Notes: generated from the sequence alone by a model not told the origin. Shown: positions 17,360 through 26,005, counted from the first letter of the stretch. The stretch is DNA of 32,000 nucleotides from Cumulibacter soli (GCF_004382795.1 NZ_SMSG01000006.1:204542-236541); one strand, 5' to 3'. Made by a program: numbers and translations.

Positions 17360-18379
17360 TCAGCCGCCGTGTATCAGGCGGCTGACATATCGGGCGACGG
17401 TCATCACCGCGCCCATATTGGCGGCGTAGTCCATCCGCGTCGGGCCGACCACCGCAAGCCCGCCGAGGTGGCGCAACTCGTCGCCGTACGACGTGGATAC
17501 GACGGAGGTAGACCACAGACCCGGGGTCGGGTTCTCTTCGCCGATGGACACACGGACACCGGCCGAGGCCGATTCGTCGATCAGTTTCAGCAGTATGACG
17601 TGCTCTTCGAGCGCGTCCAGGACCTCACCGAGTGAGGAATGGAAATCAGAGGTTTGACGGGTCAGGTTCGCCGCGCCGCCGACCATCACCCGGCCGTCGT
17701 CGGGCTCGACGAGAGCGTCCAGCAGCAACGTGCACACCACGGCCATGGCCGCACTCAGCTCGGCGCTCACCGCAACCGGCAACCCAGCCACGAGCGCGGC
17801 TGCGTCGGACAGTTCCTGCCCGGCCAGCGAGGAGTTCACCGCGTTCCGCAGGTCGACAACGTCGTCCGGGCTGAGTTCAGCCGGAATATCGGCGCTGCGC
17901 TGTTCGACGCGCCCGGACTCGGTAATCAGCACCACCATCACGCGGGTGCTCGCGACGGGGACGATTTCGATATGTCGAACAACGGAGCGCAGCAGGCTCG
18001 GGTAGCTGATCACAGCAGCCTGCCTGGTCAGTTGCGACAGCAGCCGCACGCTACGGCGCAGGACGTCGTCCAGATCGACGGCACCTTCGATGAAGCGCTC
18101 GATCGCGCGTCGCTCGGCGCCGGACATCGGACGCAGTTCGTCGAGTTCGTCGACGAACAGGCGGTACCCCTTGCCCGTGGGGATCCGCCCGGCGCTGGTG
18201 TGCGGATGGGTGATGTACCCCTCCTCCTCCAACGCCGCCATATCGTTGCGGATCGTTGCGGCCGACACGCCGAGATTGTGGCGCTCAACGATGGCCTTGC
18301 TGCCGACCGGTTCATTCGTGGAGACGAAGTCGGCGACAACGGCTCGCAATACATCCAGTCGTCGTTGCTGCGTGGACAT
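17360..18379 (-). CDS. hrcA: Heat-inducible transcription repressor HrcA
   Basis: 339 aa. N-terminal wHTH (RRLDVLRAVVADFVSTNEPVGSKAIVERHNLGVSAATIRNDMAALEEEGYI). Upstream of dnaJ, with a CIRCE element upstream. Confidence 0.95.
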   Translation of the reverse strand: MSTQQRRLDVLRAVVADFVSTNEPVGSKAIVERHNLGVSAATIRNDMAALEEEGYITHPHTSAGRIPTGKGYRLFVDELDELRPMSGAERRAIERFIEGAVDLDDVLRRSVRLLSQLTRQAAVISYPSLLRSVVRHIEIVPVASTRVMVVLITESGRVEQRSADIPAELSPDDVVDLRNAVNSSLAGQELSDAAALVAGLPVAVSAELSAAMAVVCTLLLDALVEPDDGRVMVGGAANLTRQTSDFHSSLGEVLDALEEHVILLKLIDESASAGVRVSIGEENPTPGLWSTSVVSTSYGDELRHLGGLAVVGPTRMDYAANMGAVMTVARYVSRLIHGG

Positions 18380-18399
18380 CCGTCACCTCCTCGTCTCGA

Positions 18400-18426
18400 T
18401 TGGCACTCCGGGCCGCAGAGTGCCAG
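18400..18426. promoter_or_regulatory. CIRCE-like HrcA operator
   Basis: TTGGCACTC-N9-GAGTGCCAG compared with canonical TTAGCACTC-N9-GAGTGCTAA. Starts 20 nt upstream of the hrcA ATG. Confidence 0.8.
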
Positions 18427-18535
18427 GTCAAGTTTACGTCTCGCTCGGCAGTATGGGCGAGGGTATGCGGGTGTGCCGACCTACACTCTCCTCGAGCGTC
18501 ACCGACCAATATCAGCGAATAGAACGGTAAGCATC

Positions 18536-18874
18536 GTGATCTTCAAGGCGATCGGCAACGGCCGCCCGTATCCCGAGCATGGGTTGACCCAGCGCGAATG
18601 GTCGACGATTCCACCGCAACAGATCCGGCTGGATGAGTTGACGACGACCAAGCGCGAACTCGCATTGGACGCATTGCTGGACGAGGCGAGCACCTTTTAC
18701 GGCGACCTGTTCACTCATGTGGTCCGCTGGCGCGGCGAGTCTTACCTCGAGGATGGGCTGCACCGCGCGTTACGCTCCGCGCTGCATCAGCGCACCGCAA
18801 TTCATGCCAGAGTGCTTGACCTCGATAAACCGTCGGGTGAGTTCGCTCGCCGCCTCAAAGGAGAGCACTCATGA
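18536..18874 (+). CDS. Small ParB/sulfiredoxin-fold-like protein (hypothetical)
   Basis: This is the real 3' part of a 411-aa track ORF whose 5' part is antisense to hrcA. GTG 18536 is the first start after the hrcA region. IRLDELTTTK...HVVRWRGESYLEDGLHRALRSALHQRTAIHARV resembles a ParB N-terminal-like domain (G-x-Y-x-x-DG-x-HR). Confidence 0.45.
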   Translation: MIFKAIGNGRPYPEHGLTQREWSTIPPQQIRLDELTTTKRELALDALLDEASTFYGDLFTHVVRWRGESYLEDGLHRALRSALHQRTAIHARVLDLDKPSGEFARRLKGEHS

Positions 18875-19611
18875 GTACTTCGGGGCAGCGAGGCAAGGTC
18901 TTCACTGCGCCGATCCTCGTCGCCTTGGTGGCAGTGGTGGTGCTCGCGGTGGTCACCGTGATCGTCGTGATATCCGGCGAGGACGACGATCCCAATGCAG
19001 CGCCGGGCGAGACGAGCGGCAATTCGGCGTCCGCTTCCAGCGAGCAGTCCAGTTCTAGTTCTGCCTCGACGAGCGAGCCGACCGAAATCGTCAACGACGA
19101 GTTCGACGTCTCGTACAGCTATCCAACTGACGGATACGAGCCGAGCATGTGGGCTGGTCCGCTCGATATGCCCGCCGGTTCGATGTCGTTGCACTCCGCC
19201 ACGAGCTACGAGGCGTGCACTCCCGAGGCCGGCGCGGACGTGTTGTTCGCATTCGTGACCAGCGACCAGAGCGACCTCGCTGAGGCGGCGCAGAGCACGG
19301 CCGATGAGTGGGCTAACACGGTGTGGTCGCCAGCAGCGACATTGACCGATCCCAGTAGCCCGACGGAGAAGTCCACCGCCGGTGGGGTTACGGGGATGCT
19401 GGTGGAGCTCGAGTCGACGCGCGACGGAGGCGGGGACGACTGCGGTACGACAACCGCACACGTCGGCGCCTTCGCATTTGAGAACGACGCCGGTGACGTC
19501 GTCGTCTTCGTATCCTCGCACCGCGTCGACGGAGACACGATCAAGAACGACGACGAGTTCCTCGACGATGTCGCGGCGACCTACGACTCCATCGCGCTCG
19601 CCGGGAACTGA
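18871..19611 (+). CDS. Membrane-anchored acidic Ser-rich protein (hypothetical)
   Basis: ATGA overlap with the upstream gene, and AAGGAGAG RBS. One N-terminal TM helix (ILVALVAVVVLAVVTVIVVI), a Ser-rich linker and an acidic ~170-aa domain. Confidence 0.55.
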   Translation: MSTSGQRGKVFTAPILVALVAVVVLAVVTVIVVISGEDDDPNAAPGETSGNSASASSEQSSSSSASTSEPTEIVNDEFDVSYSYPTDGYEPSMWAGPLDMPAGSMSLHSATSYEACTPEAGADVLFAFVTSDQSDLAEAAQSTADEWANTVWSPAATLTDPSSPTEKSTAGGVTGMLVELESTRDGGGDDCGTTTAHVGAFAFENDAGDVVVFVSSHRVDGDTIKNDDEFLDDVAATYDSIALAGN

Positions 19612-19626
19612 TCTTCGTAGTTGCGC

Positions 19627-20826
19627 TCAGTCCACGAGGTCGCGGATCACGGCGTCCGCGAGCAACCGTCCGCGAAGGGTCAATACGACCCGCTCGTGAG
19701 CCAGCGCGGCGCCGTCCAGCAGGCCATAGGTCACCATCTGCTTGGTCTCACCGATCGCGCGCGCGGATAGGTCGCCGACGTCGATGCCCTCGCGCATCCG
19801 GATACCGAGCATGACTCGCTCCATCGCCCGTTGCTGTTCAGTCAGCGTCTCGCGCCCATGCGCCGGACTCAGTCCGGCGCCAATCCGGGCGGCGTACGCC
19901 GCAGGGTGCTTCACGTTCCACCAGCGCACCCCGCCAGCGTGACTATGCGCGCCGGGCCCTGCGCCCCACCAACCGCCGCCGCGCCAGTAAATCTCGTTGT
20001 GTCGGCACCGCGCATCCTGCCCCCGCGCCCAGTTCGACACCTCGTACCACTCGAACCCAGCCGCACCAAGGATCTCCTCGGCGATCTCGTACCGATCGGC
20101 GTGCACGTCGTCGTCAGGTTCGCCGATCTCGCCGCGCGCGATCCGGCGCGCGAGCGCGGTGCCCTCCTCAACGATCAGCGCGTACGCCGATACATGATCG
20201 ACCGGTGCCTCTAGGACGGCGTCGAGGCTGGCGCGCCAATCATCGTCGGTTTCTCCCGGCGCGCCGTAGATCAAGTCCAGGTTGATGTGCTCGAACCCGG
20301 CGTCGGCCGCCTCCTGAGCGGCGGCCCGCGCGCGACCTGGTGAATGGGTGCGATCAAGCACCTGCAGCACGTGCGGCGCCGCCGATTGCATGCCGAGCGA
20401 GACGCGGGTGAAACCGCCCGCGCGCAGATTCTCCAGCAGTTGCGGAGACACTGACTCGGGGTTCGCCTCTGTCGTGACCTCCGCGCCAGGCGCCAGCGTG
20501 AACTCATCGCTGATAGTGCGCACGATCGCGCTGAGTTCACCAACCGGCAGCAGACTCGGCGTCCCCCCGCCGACAAAGATCGATTCGACCGGCAGATCGG
20601 CATCGCCGAGCACTCGCCGGGCCAGACGGATCTCGTTGCGCACGAGTTCGCCGTAACTCTCGCGGCTGACGATCGCCGATCCGTCGCGCGCGGTGAGTTC
20701 GCGCGCCGTGTAGGTGTTGAAATCGCAGTAGCCGCACCGCGTCGCGCAGAACGGCACGTGCACATAGAAGCCGAATGGCGCCCGACGAGTCTGCTCGAGC
20801 GCCTCGGCCGAAAGTCGCCCGTCCAT
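19627..20826 (-). CDS. hemW: Radical SAM heme chaperone HemW / coproporphyrinogen-III-oxidase-like
   Basis: Radical SAM motif FGFYVHVPFCATRCGYCDFNTY and a HemN_C-like end. ATG 20826 is preferred, placing 16 aa before the PFG motif. Codons between 20827 and 21066 have visibly poorer third-position GC. ATG 20901 is an alternative. Confidence 0.85.
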   Translation of the reverse strand: MDGRLSAEALEQTRRAPFGFYVHVPFCATRCGYCDFNTYTARELTARDGSAIVSRESYGELVRNEIRLARRVLGDADLPVESIFVGGGTPSLLPVGELSAIVRTISDEFTLAPGAEVTTEANPESVSPQLLENLRAGGFTRVSLGMQSAAPHVLQVLDRTHSPGRARAAAQEAADAGFEHINLDLIYGAPGETDDDWRASLDAVLEAPVDHVSAYALIVEEGTALARRIARGEIGEPDDDVHADRYEIAEEILGAAGFEWYEVSNWARGQDARCRHNEIYWRGGGWWGAGPGAHSHAGGVRWWNVKHPAAYAARIGAGLSPAHGRETLTEQQRAMERVMLGIRMREGIDVGDLSARAIGETKQMVTYGLLDGAALAHERVVLTLRGRLLADAVIRDLVD

Positions 20827-20992
20827 CGGCACGATCTCGTCTGAATCCAGCTCTACCGAAGGCACGGCGCCGAGTGTAATCCGCGTTGGGGCCGGGAACA
20901 TCACGCGGCCAAAGTGCGTTGTGATCAGTAACGCCCCGGCGACTTCCTCGGCCGCGGCGGAGGAACCTCGAAGGGATGCAGGAGTCAGCACA

Positions 20993-21412
20993 GTGCGTGA
21001 TCCGCAGAGCAAGCCCACCATCATCGACGAACAAGGCGAGTACGTCGCACCCGAAGCGACGGGCACGTCCGGCGCTCGTACCCAGAATCCGTTTCAGGCA
21101 GGCGCTGGCGGCCTCGGCGGTGCGATCCCACCGATTCCCGAGCACTTGCTGAACAAGAAGGGCAAGCCGTCCCTGTTCAAGATGATCGGTTGGAAGGGCA
21201 CCGCCGTACTGGTGCTCGTTGCGGCTGGGATCATCGCGCTCGCGGCTGCGTCGCTCGTCGTGTTGGCGTTCGCCATTCCAATCTTGCTGCTGCTCGCCGT
21301 GATTGGCTGGGTGGTGGGCAAGGTCCGTGGGCCGTCGCGGTCAGCTTCGCCAAGACGTGAATCATCCCGATCGGTGATCGTCGTCCGCGGCGGATTTCCC
21401 AACGGGCGCTAG
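20993..21412 (+). CDS. Hypothetical small membrane protein (2 TM)
   Basis: GTG 20993 with AGGAG 8 nt upstream, and GC-rich third positions thereafter. TM helices are [23 protein letters not shown] and [15 protein letters not shown]. Its stop shares the CTAG at 21409-21412 with convergent rpmE2. Confidence 0.45.
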   Translation: MRDPQSKPTIIDEQGEYVAPEATGTSGARTQNPFQAGAGGLGGAIPPIPEHLLNKKGKPSLFKMIGWKGTAVLVLVAAGIIALAAASLVVLAFAIPILLLLAVIGWVVGKVRGPSRSASPRRESSRSVIVVRGGFPNGR

Positions 21413-21660
21413 CGGGTCGTCCGCGCGTAGCGCTTGTTGAACTTCTCCACCCGCCCCTCGGTGTCCATGATCCGACCTTTCCCGGTCGAGAAGGGGTGAC
21501 TGGCCGAGGAGGTCTCCACCTGAATAAGCGGATAGGTGTTGCCGTCTTCCCACACGGTGCTCTGTTGGCTTGTAGCGGTCGTACGGGTCAGGATCCGCGT
21601 ACCGACGGCCATGTCCTCGAACACGACCGGGTGGTAGTCGGGGTGAATATCCTTGCGCAT
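21409..21660 (-). CDS. rpmE2: 50S ribosomal protein L31 type B (Cys-less)
   Basis: [17 protein letters not shown]...[28 protein letters not shown]. 83 aa, no CxxC motifs. Confidence 0.9.
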   Translation of the reverse strand: MRKDIHPDYHPVVFEDMAVGTRILTRTTATSQQSTVWEDGNTYPLIQVETSSASHPFSTGKGRIMDTEGRVEKFNKRYARTTR

Positions 21661-21662
21661 CG

Positions 21663-22766
21663 CTAGTTTCCTTCTGTTTCGTCAATGTCGGACTCGCTGA
21701 TGTCGACAGCGAACGGGTCCTCGTAGTCATGCCACGCGCTCGGTCCGGCGTTGTACTCCTCGTCGGTCAGTACGCACGAGTCAAGCAGGCCGCGAATGCT
21801 GTGCACGTCCAGTTCTCGGCCTAGGAACGTCAGTCTGCTGATTGCGGTATCGCCATCTCGTGGACCCAGGTCGCCGAGGCTCAGCGACTCGCCGGCACTG
21901 TCCCAGCGGGTCCAACGATCCGAGGTCGAAGCGATCACGATGCGCCCCGCGGAGCGGATGACGCGATCAGCGAGCGCTTCCAACGCGTCGCTCAACCGTG
22001 CGGCATGCAGTGGCCGTTCGGACTTCCACCGCACGACCTGAAGGCTCGAGCCTGCTCGCGGCACGTCTGCGGACCAATCGAGCAGCCCGTCCCGCTCGAA
22101 TGCGCCGAGGCATCGCGGCTGGTGGCGGCCGGTGCGGGCCAGCGTGAGCATCGGTAGCGCGAGCAAGTCGGCGCCGAGCAGCAGCGGGGTGCCGGGCGCG
22201 AGCGCGCTGAGTGCTGCGAGTTCATCCTCCGAGCAACTTCCCTCGGTCAGCACCAACAGGTCGCAGGAGCTGACTTGCGCGGCGATGATGGTTGCCACGG
22301 GTCGGTCGTCCTCGGCTTGGACGCCGATCCCCCGCTCTCCGAGGATGTCGCCGCCGGAGAGATCATCGAGCCAAGCGCCTGCTTTCAGGACGCCGACGAC
22401 AGTGTCGAGTCGGGCATGCTCGGGATCGAGCGTGGCGCACAGTGACTCCAGCACTGCGTCGGCCTCGACGCTCGGGGCGAGGCGTAACGCCAGCAGATCG
22501 TGCCTGCCAAGTCGGACCACTCTCTCGATGCAGACCCGCAGTGCGTTCAGGTAGCTGCAGGTGAGGCAGTCCTGGGCGTCGATCTCCAGTGAGTCCTGCC
22601 AGCCCACGCCGTCGCTGATCAGCGCGCTCATCCGGCCGAGGAATGCCGTGGATGGGTCGACCCAGATCGTGGCGCACCGACTATCGCGCAGCACCATCGA
22701 AGATGCGAGGAGCCCGGTGTCGGCTTGGTCGATTCCGCACAGCGCGGTAATTTCCAGCATGTTCAC
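21663..22766 (-). CDS. COG0523/CobW-related protein with a degenerate GTPase domain (Mrf/Rv0106-like)
   Basis: The CobW_C-like end reads [28 protein letters not shown]...[28 protein letters not shown]-terminal [17 protein letters not shown] sits where GxxGxGKT is expected, and DCLTCS where GCICC is expected. GTG 22766 forms a GTGA overlap with the rpsN stop. TTG 22769 and ATG 22760 are alternatives. Confidence 0.7.
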   Translation of the reverse strand: MNMLEITALCGIDQADTGLLASSMVLRDSRCATIWVDPSTAFLGRMSALISDGVGWQDSLEIDAQDCLTCSYLNALRVCIERVVRLGRHDLLALRLAPSVEADAVLESLCATLDPEHARLDTVVGVLKAGAWLDDLSGGDILGERGIGVQAEDDRPVATIIAAQVSSCDLLVLTEGSCSEDELAALSALAPGTPLLLGADLLALPMLTLARTGRHQPRCLGAFERDGLLDWSADVPRAGSSLQVVRWKSERPLHAARLSDALEALADRVIRSAGRIVIASTSDRWTRWDSAGESLSLGDLGPRDGDTAISRLTFLGRELDVHSIRGLLDSCVLTDEEYNAGPSAWHDYEDPFAVDISESDIDETEGN

Positions 22767-23068
22767 CAACTCGACTTCGTCACGCCGGGCAGCTCGCCGG
22801 CGTGCGCCATCGCGCGCAGCCGCACGCGCGATACGCCGAACTTGCGCAGATAGCCGCGCGGGCGGCCGTCTACCGCGTCGCGATTACGCAGGCGGACGGC
22901 GCTGGCATCGCGAGGTTGGCGCTGCAACTCCGCCTGTGCCTCTCGCACCTGTTCGGCGGTTGATGACGGTGCGGCGATGATGCGTTTGAATTCCGCGCGA
23001 CGCTGCGCAAAGCGGGCGACGACTACCCGACGCTGTTGATCGCGGGAGATTTTGCTCTTTTTGGCCAT
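22763..23068 (-). CDS. rpsN: 30S ribosomal protein S14, long Cys-less form
   Basis: [14 protein letters not shown]...[11 protein letters not shown]. 101 aa, no cysteines. Confidence 0.9.
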   Translation of the reverse strand: MAKKSKISRDQQRRVVVARFAQRRAEFKRIIAAPSSTAEQVREAQAELQRQPRDASAVRLRNRDAVDGRPRGYLRKFGVSRVRLRAMAHAGELPGVTKSSW

Positions 23069-23072
23069 CTAC

Positions 23073-23243
23073 TTAACGTTCCTCTTTGAACTCCACGTGC
23101 CGCCGTACTATCGGGTCGTACTTGCGTAATACGAGGCGCTCCGGATCATTGCGGCGGTTCTTCCGCGTGACATAGGTGTAGCCCGTACCGGCCGTCGATT
23201 TCAGCTTAATCACGGGGCGCAGATCGGTTGATTTCCCTGCCAC
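23073..23243 (-). CDS. rpmG: 50S ribosomal protein L33, Cys-less form
   Basis: Below the ORF-track size cut-off. My translation from GTG 23243 is [56 protein letters not shown] (56 aa), with TAA at 23075-23073. Confidence 0.85.
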   Translation of the reverse strand: MAGKSTDLRPVIKLKSTAGTGYTYVTRKNRRNDPERLVLRKYDPIVRRHVEFKEER

Positions 23244-23244
23244 G

Positions 23245-23481
23245 TCAGACCCTCTCGCCCTGCGCGCGCAGCCGCTTCACGACGGCCTCGATCCCCTGCT
23301 TGTCGATGGTCTTAATCCCCTTGGCCGACACTCGCAGTCTGACGTACCTGTTCTCGCTGGGCAGGAAGAACCGTTTGACCTGGATATTTGGGTCCCATCG
23401 GCGGCTGGTGCGCCGATGGGAGTGTGAAACGGACTTACCAAAGCTCGGCTTGGCACCCGTTACCTGGCAGTGCATTGACAT
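23245..23481 (-). CDS. rpmB: 50S ribosomal protein L28
   Basis: [34 protein letters not shown]... (78 aa). ATG 23481 is preceded by GAGGAGAA. The track start 23604 is an upstream artefact. Confidence 0.9.
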   Translation of the reverse strand: MSMHCQVTGAKPSFGKSVSHSHRRTSRRWDPNIQVKRFFLPSENRYVRLRVSAKGIKTIDKQGIEAVVKRLRAQGERV

Positions 23482-23573
23482 GTGGTTCTCCTCGGATCGC
23501 TCCGCCGTCGTTCCGGCGGTCGCAGGGGACCACGATAGGCGCGCTACTTCCCTTGCACAAATGGGAAGTTGGC

Positions 23574-23593
23574 CATATTCGCACGCGAATATG
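23574..23593. promoter_or_regulatory. Perfect 9-2-9 inverted repeat CATATTCGC-AC-GCGAATATG (candidate operator)
   Basis: Read directly: all 9 arm positions pair. It lies in the 167-bp divergent gap between rpmB (start 23481) and the oxidoreductase gene (start 23649). A second inverted repeat, ACTTCCC-N10-GGGAAGT, lies at 23546-23569. Confidence 0.4.
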
Positions 23594-23648
23594 AGTGCCT
23601 TCACGACACCGGTTCGCCAGTGACCGGCAGGCTGCGTAGGATCCGGTT

Positions 23649-24614
23649 ATGTTCTCTGTTTTTGTATCTGCCCCTAACGCCGAAGACCCGATGGCCGCCT
23701 TGGAGCTAGGCGAACGCCCCGAACCGGCTATTGCCGATGGCTGGGCCCGCGTCCAGGTCAAGGCCGCTTCGCTCAACCACCACGACGTCTGGTCCCTGAA
23801 GGGTCAGGGCCTGCCCGAGGACAAGATGCCGATGATCCTCGGCACCGATGCCGCGGGGATCGATGAGGACGGCAACGAAGTCCTGATCCACTCGGTCATC
23901 TCCTCCCCGGGGTGGACCGGTGACGAAACGTTTGACCCGCGCCGTTCACTGCTCTCGGAGGTGCATCAGGGTACGTTCGCCGAGTACGTCACCGTGCCCA
24001 AGCAGAACCTCATCGCCAAGCCGGCCGAGTTGTCGTTCGAGGAGGCGTCGTGCCTACCGACCGCGTGGCTGACGGCGTACCGCATGCTGACCAAAGACTC
24101 GGGCCTGAAGCCGGGTGACACGGTGCTGATCCAGGGTGCCTCCGGTGGTGTGGCGACGGCTGCGACAGCCATCGCCAAGGCGATGGGTCTGCAGGTCTGG
24201 GTGACCGGCCGCACCGAGGAGAAGCGCGCCGCTGCCGCCGCCAACGGAGCACATCAGACGTTCGAGTCCGGCGCTCGGCTGCCTGGAAAGGTGGACGCCG
24301 TACTCGAGACCGTCGGCGAGGCGACCTGGTCGCATTCGCTGCGCTCGCTGCGTCCCGGCGGCACCGTGGTGTGCTGCGGCGCGACGAGTGGTTTCAACCC
24401 GCCGGCTGATCTCGCTCGCGTGTTCTTCCTGCAGATGCGCATCGTGGGATCGACGATGGGCAACAGCACCGAACTTGCCGCGCTGATGAACTTGCTGAAG
24501 ACCACCGGAATCCGCCCGGCGATCGACAAGACGTTGCCGCTGGCCGAGGCGAAGGCCGGATTCCAGGCGATGGTGGACGGCGAGACGAACGGCAAGATCG
24601 TCTTTACCATCTAA
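23649..24614 (+). CDS. MDR-superfamily NAD(P)H:quinone-oxidoreductase-like protein
   Basis: ARVQVKAASLNHHDVWSLKG, nucleotide-binding loop GASGGVATAATAIAKAMG, and end GKIVFTI. TAGGAT at 23637-23642 ends 6 nt before the ATG, so the mRNA may be leaderless. ATG 23691 is an alternative start. Confidence 0.8.
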   Translation: MFSVFVSAPNAEDPMAALELGERPEPAIADGWARVQVKAASLNHHDVWSLKGQGLPEDKMPMILGTDAAGIDEDGNEVLIHSVISSPGWTGDETFDPRRSLLSEVHQGTFAEYVTVPKQNLIAKPAELSFEEASCLPTAWLTAYRMLTKDSGLKPGDTVLIQGASGGVATAATAIAKAMGLQVWVTGRTEEKRAAAAANGAHQTFESGARLPGKVDAVLETVGEATWSHSLRSLRPGGTVVCCGATSGFNPPADLARVFFLQMRIVGSTMGNSTELAALMNLLKTTGIRPAIDKTLPLAEAKAGFQAMVDGETNGKIVFTI

Positions 24615-24625
24615 CTGCGACCATG

Positions 24626-24657
24626 ACGGGCCCCGTAGCAGCCGCTACGGGGCCCGT
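24626..24657 (+). terminator. Rho-independent terminator-like hairpin
   Basis: A perfect 14-bp stem ACGGGCCCCGTAGC / GCTACGGGGCCCGT with a 4-nt loop, starting 12 nt after the stop. It extends to 17 bp (24623-24660). Followed by TTATGTTGT. Confidence 0.75.
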
Positions 24658-24703
24658 TATGTTGTAACTCACAGCGCGTGCCGAACTCCGAAAGGACCCG
24701 CAG

Positions 24704-25969
24704 ATGAGCACCTCAGCTATGGACCGCATCCTCGCCGCGCAGGAGTCGATCGCCTCCTGGCAGGATGACCTTTATCTACATTTCCACCGCAACCCCGAGT
24801 TGAGCTTCGTCGAGCACGCAACGCACGACAAGATCGCGGACGAGCTGTCATCGATGGCGGGCGTCGAGGTCGTGCGCAACGTGGGCGAGACTGGGCTTGT
24901 CGGTGTGTTGCGCAACGGATCCGGCCCTACGGTGCTGATGCGCGCGGATATCGACGGCCTGCCGGTACGGGAACTGACTGGGTTGGATTACGCCAGTACT
25001 GCGCGGGGAACATCGGTGGACGGTGAGGAGTCCGCAGTGATGCACGCTTGCGGGCACGACGTGCACATCACGGGCCTGCTGTCGGCGACACGGCTACTCG
25101 CGGAGAATCCGGACTGCTGGTCCGGAACCTTCTTGGCGTTGTTCCAGCCTGCCGAGGAGCGCGGTGGCGGGGCGCAAAAGATGGTCAATGACAACCTGAC
25201 CGAGCGGATCCCGGTTCCCGACGTCGCGTTCTCACAGCACGTCACGCCGTACCCGGCTGGTGAAGTACACGCGTGCTCGGGGCCAGCGTACTCCACAGCC
25301 GACTCGATCAAGGTAACCGTGTTCGGACGCGGCGGACACGGCAGCGCACCCCATACGACGATTGATCCGGCGCTGCTAGTGAGCTCGATCGTGCTGCGGT
25401 TGCAGGGAATCGTCTCGCGCGAGGTCCGCCCCGGCGACTTCGCCGTGGTGACGGTCGGCAAGATCGCGGTCGGCAACAAGGTGAACATCATCAGCGATTC
25501 CGGCGAACTCCAGATCAATGTGCGCTCCTACAGTGACTCCACGCGTCAGCGCGTGTTGAGCGCGATCGAGCGGATCGTCACCGCAGAGTGTGAGGCGTCC
25601 GGATCGCCGAAGCCGCCGACATTCGAGTACTTCGATCAGTTCCCGCTCACCGTGAACGACGGGCAGGTGACCGAGCGCCTGCAGCAGGCGTTCGCGGCGG
25701 AGTTCGGCGATTGGTATACCGAACGGCCACGGTCCGGCGGCAGCGAGGACTTCAGCCATATCCCCAATGCGTTCGGAATCCCGTTCTGCTACTGGAACGT
25801 GGGCGGCATGGACCGCGAGACGTATAAGGATGCGGAAAAGCGCGGTGCGGTGATGAGCGAGATCCCAATGAACCACTCACCGTTCTTTGCGCCGGTAATG
25901 CATCCAACGCTGGATGCGGCTACCAAGGCGATCCTTGTCGCGGTGTTGGAGTGGGCGCCGACTGCGTGA
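24704..25969 (+). CDS. M20-family amidohydrolase (M20D, aminoacylase/hippurate-hydrolase-like)
   Basis: 421 aa. MRADIDGLPV, MHACGHDVH and FQPAEE are metal and catalytic motifs typical of M20D. Confidence 0.85.
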   Translation: MSTSAMDRILAAQESIASWQDDLYLHFHRNPELSFVEHATHDKIADELSSMAGVEVVRNVGETGLVGVLRNGSGPTVLMRADIDGLPVRELTGLDYASTARGTSVDGEESAVMHACGHDVHITGLLSATRLLAENPDCWSGTFLALFQPAEERGGGAQKMVNDNLTERIPVPDVAFSQHVTPYPAGEVHACSGPAYSTADSIKVTVFGRGGHGSAPHTTIDPALLVSSIVLRLQGIVSREVRPGDFAVVTVGKIAVGNKVNIISDSGELQINVRSYSDSTRQRVLSAIERIVTAECEASGSPKPPTFEYFDQFPLTVNDGQVTERLQQAFAAEFGDWYTERPRSGGSEDFSHIPNAFGIPFCYWNVGGMDRETYKDAEKRGAVMSEIPMNHSPFFAPVMHPTLDAATKAILVAVLEWAPTA

Positions 25970-26005
25970 GGCGAATCGCGTGCTTGACTGCTGATATCGC
26001 TCCGG

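Noticed and set aside
17639-18535. 5' part of a 411-aa plus-strand ORF
   Set aside because: It is entirely antisense to the well-supported hrcA gene and has an Arg/Pro/Gly-rich high-GC artefact composition. Only the last ~112 codons (18536-18874), outside hrcA, look real.
20827-21066. N-terminal extension of hemW. Similar extensions: 27683-27886 for the membrane protein, 31003-31077 for lepA, 23482-23604 for rpmB, and 4373-4435 for the PPGY protein
   Set aside because: The extensions overlap neighbouring genes or promoter regions and lack homology-like sequence. Each is followed by an internal start with a better RBS or with the expected N-terminal motif spacing.
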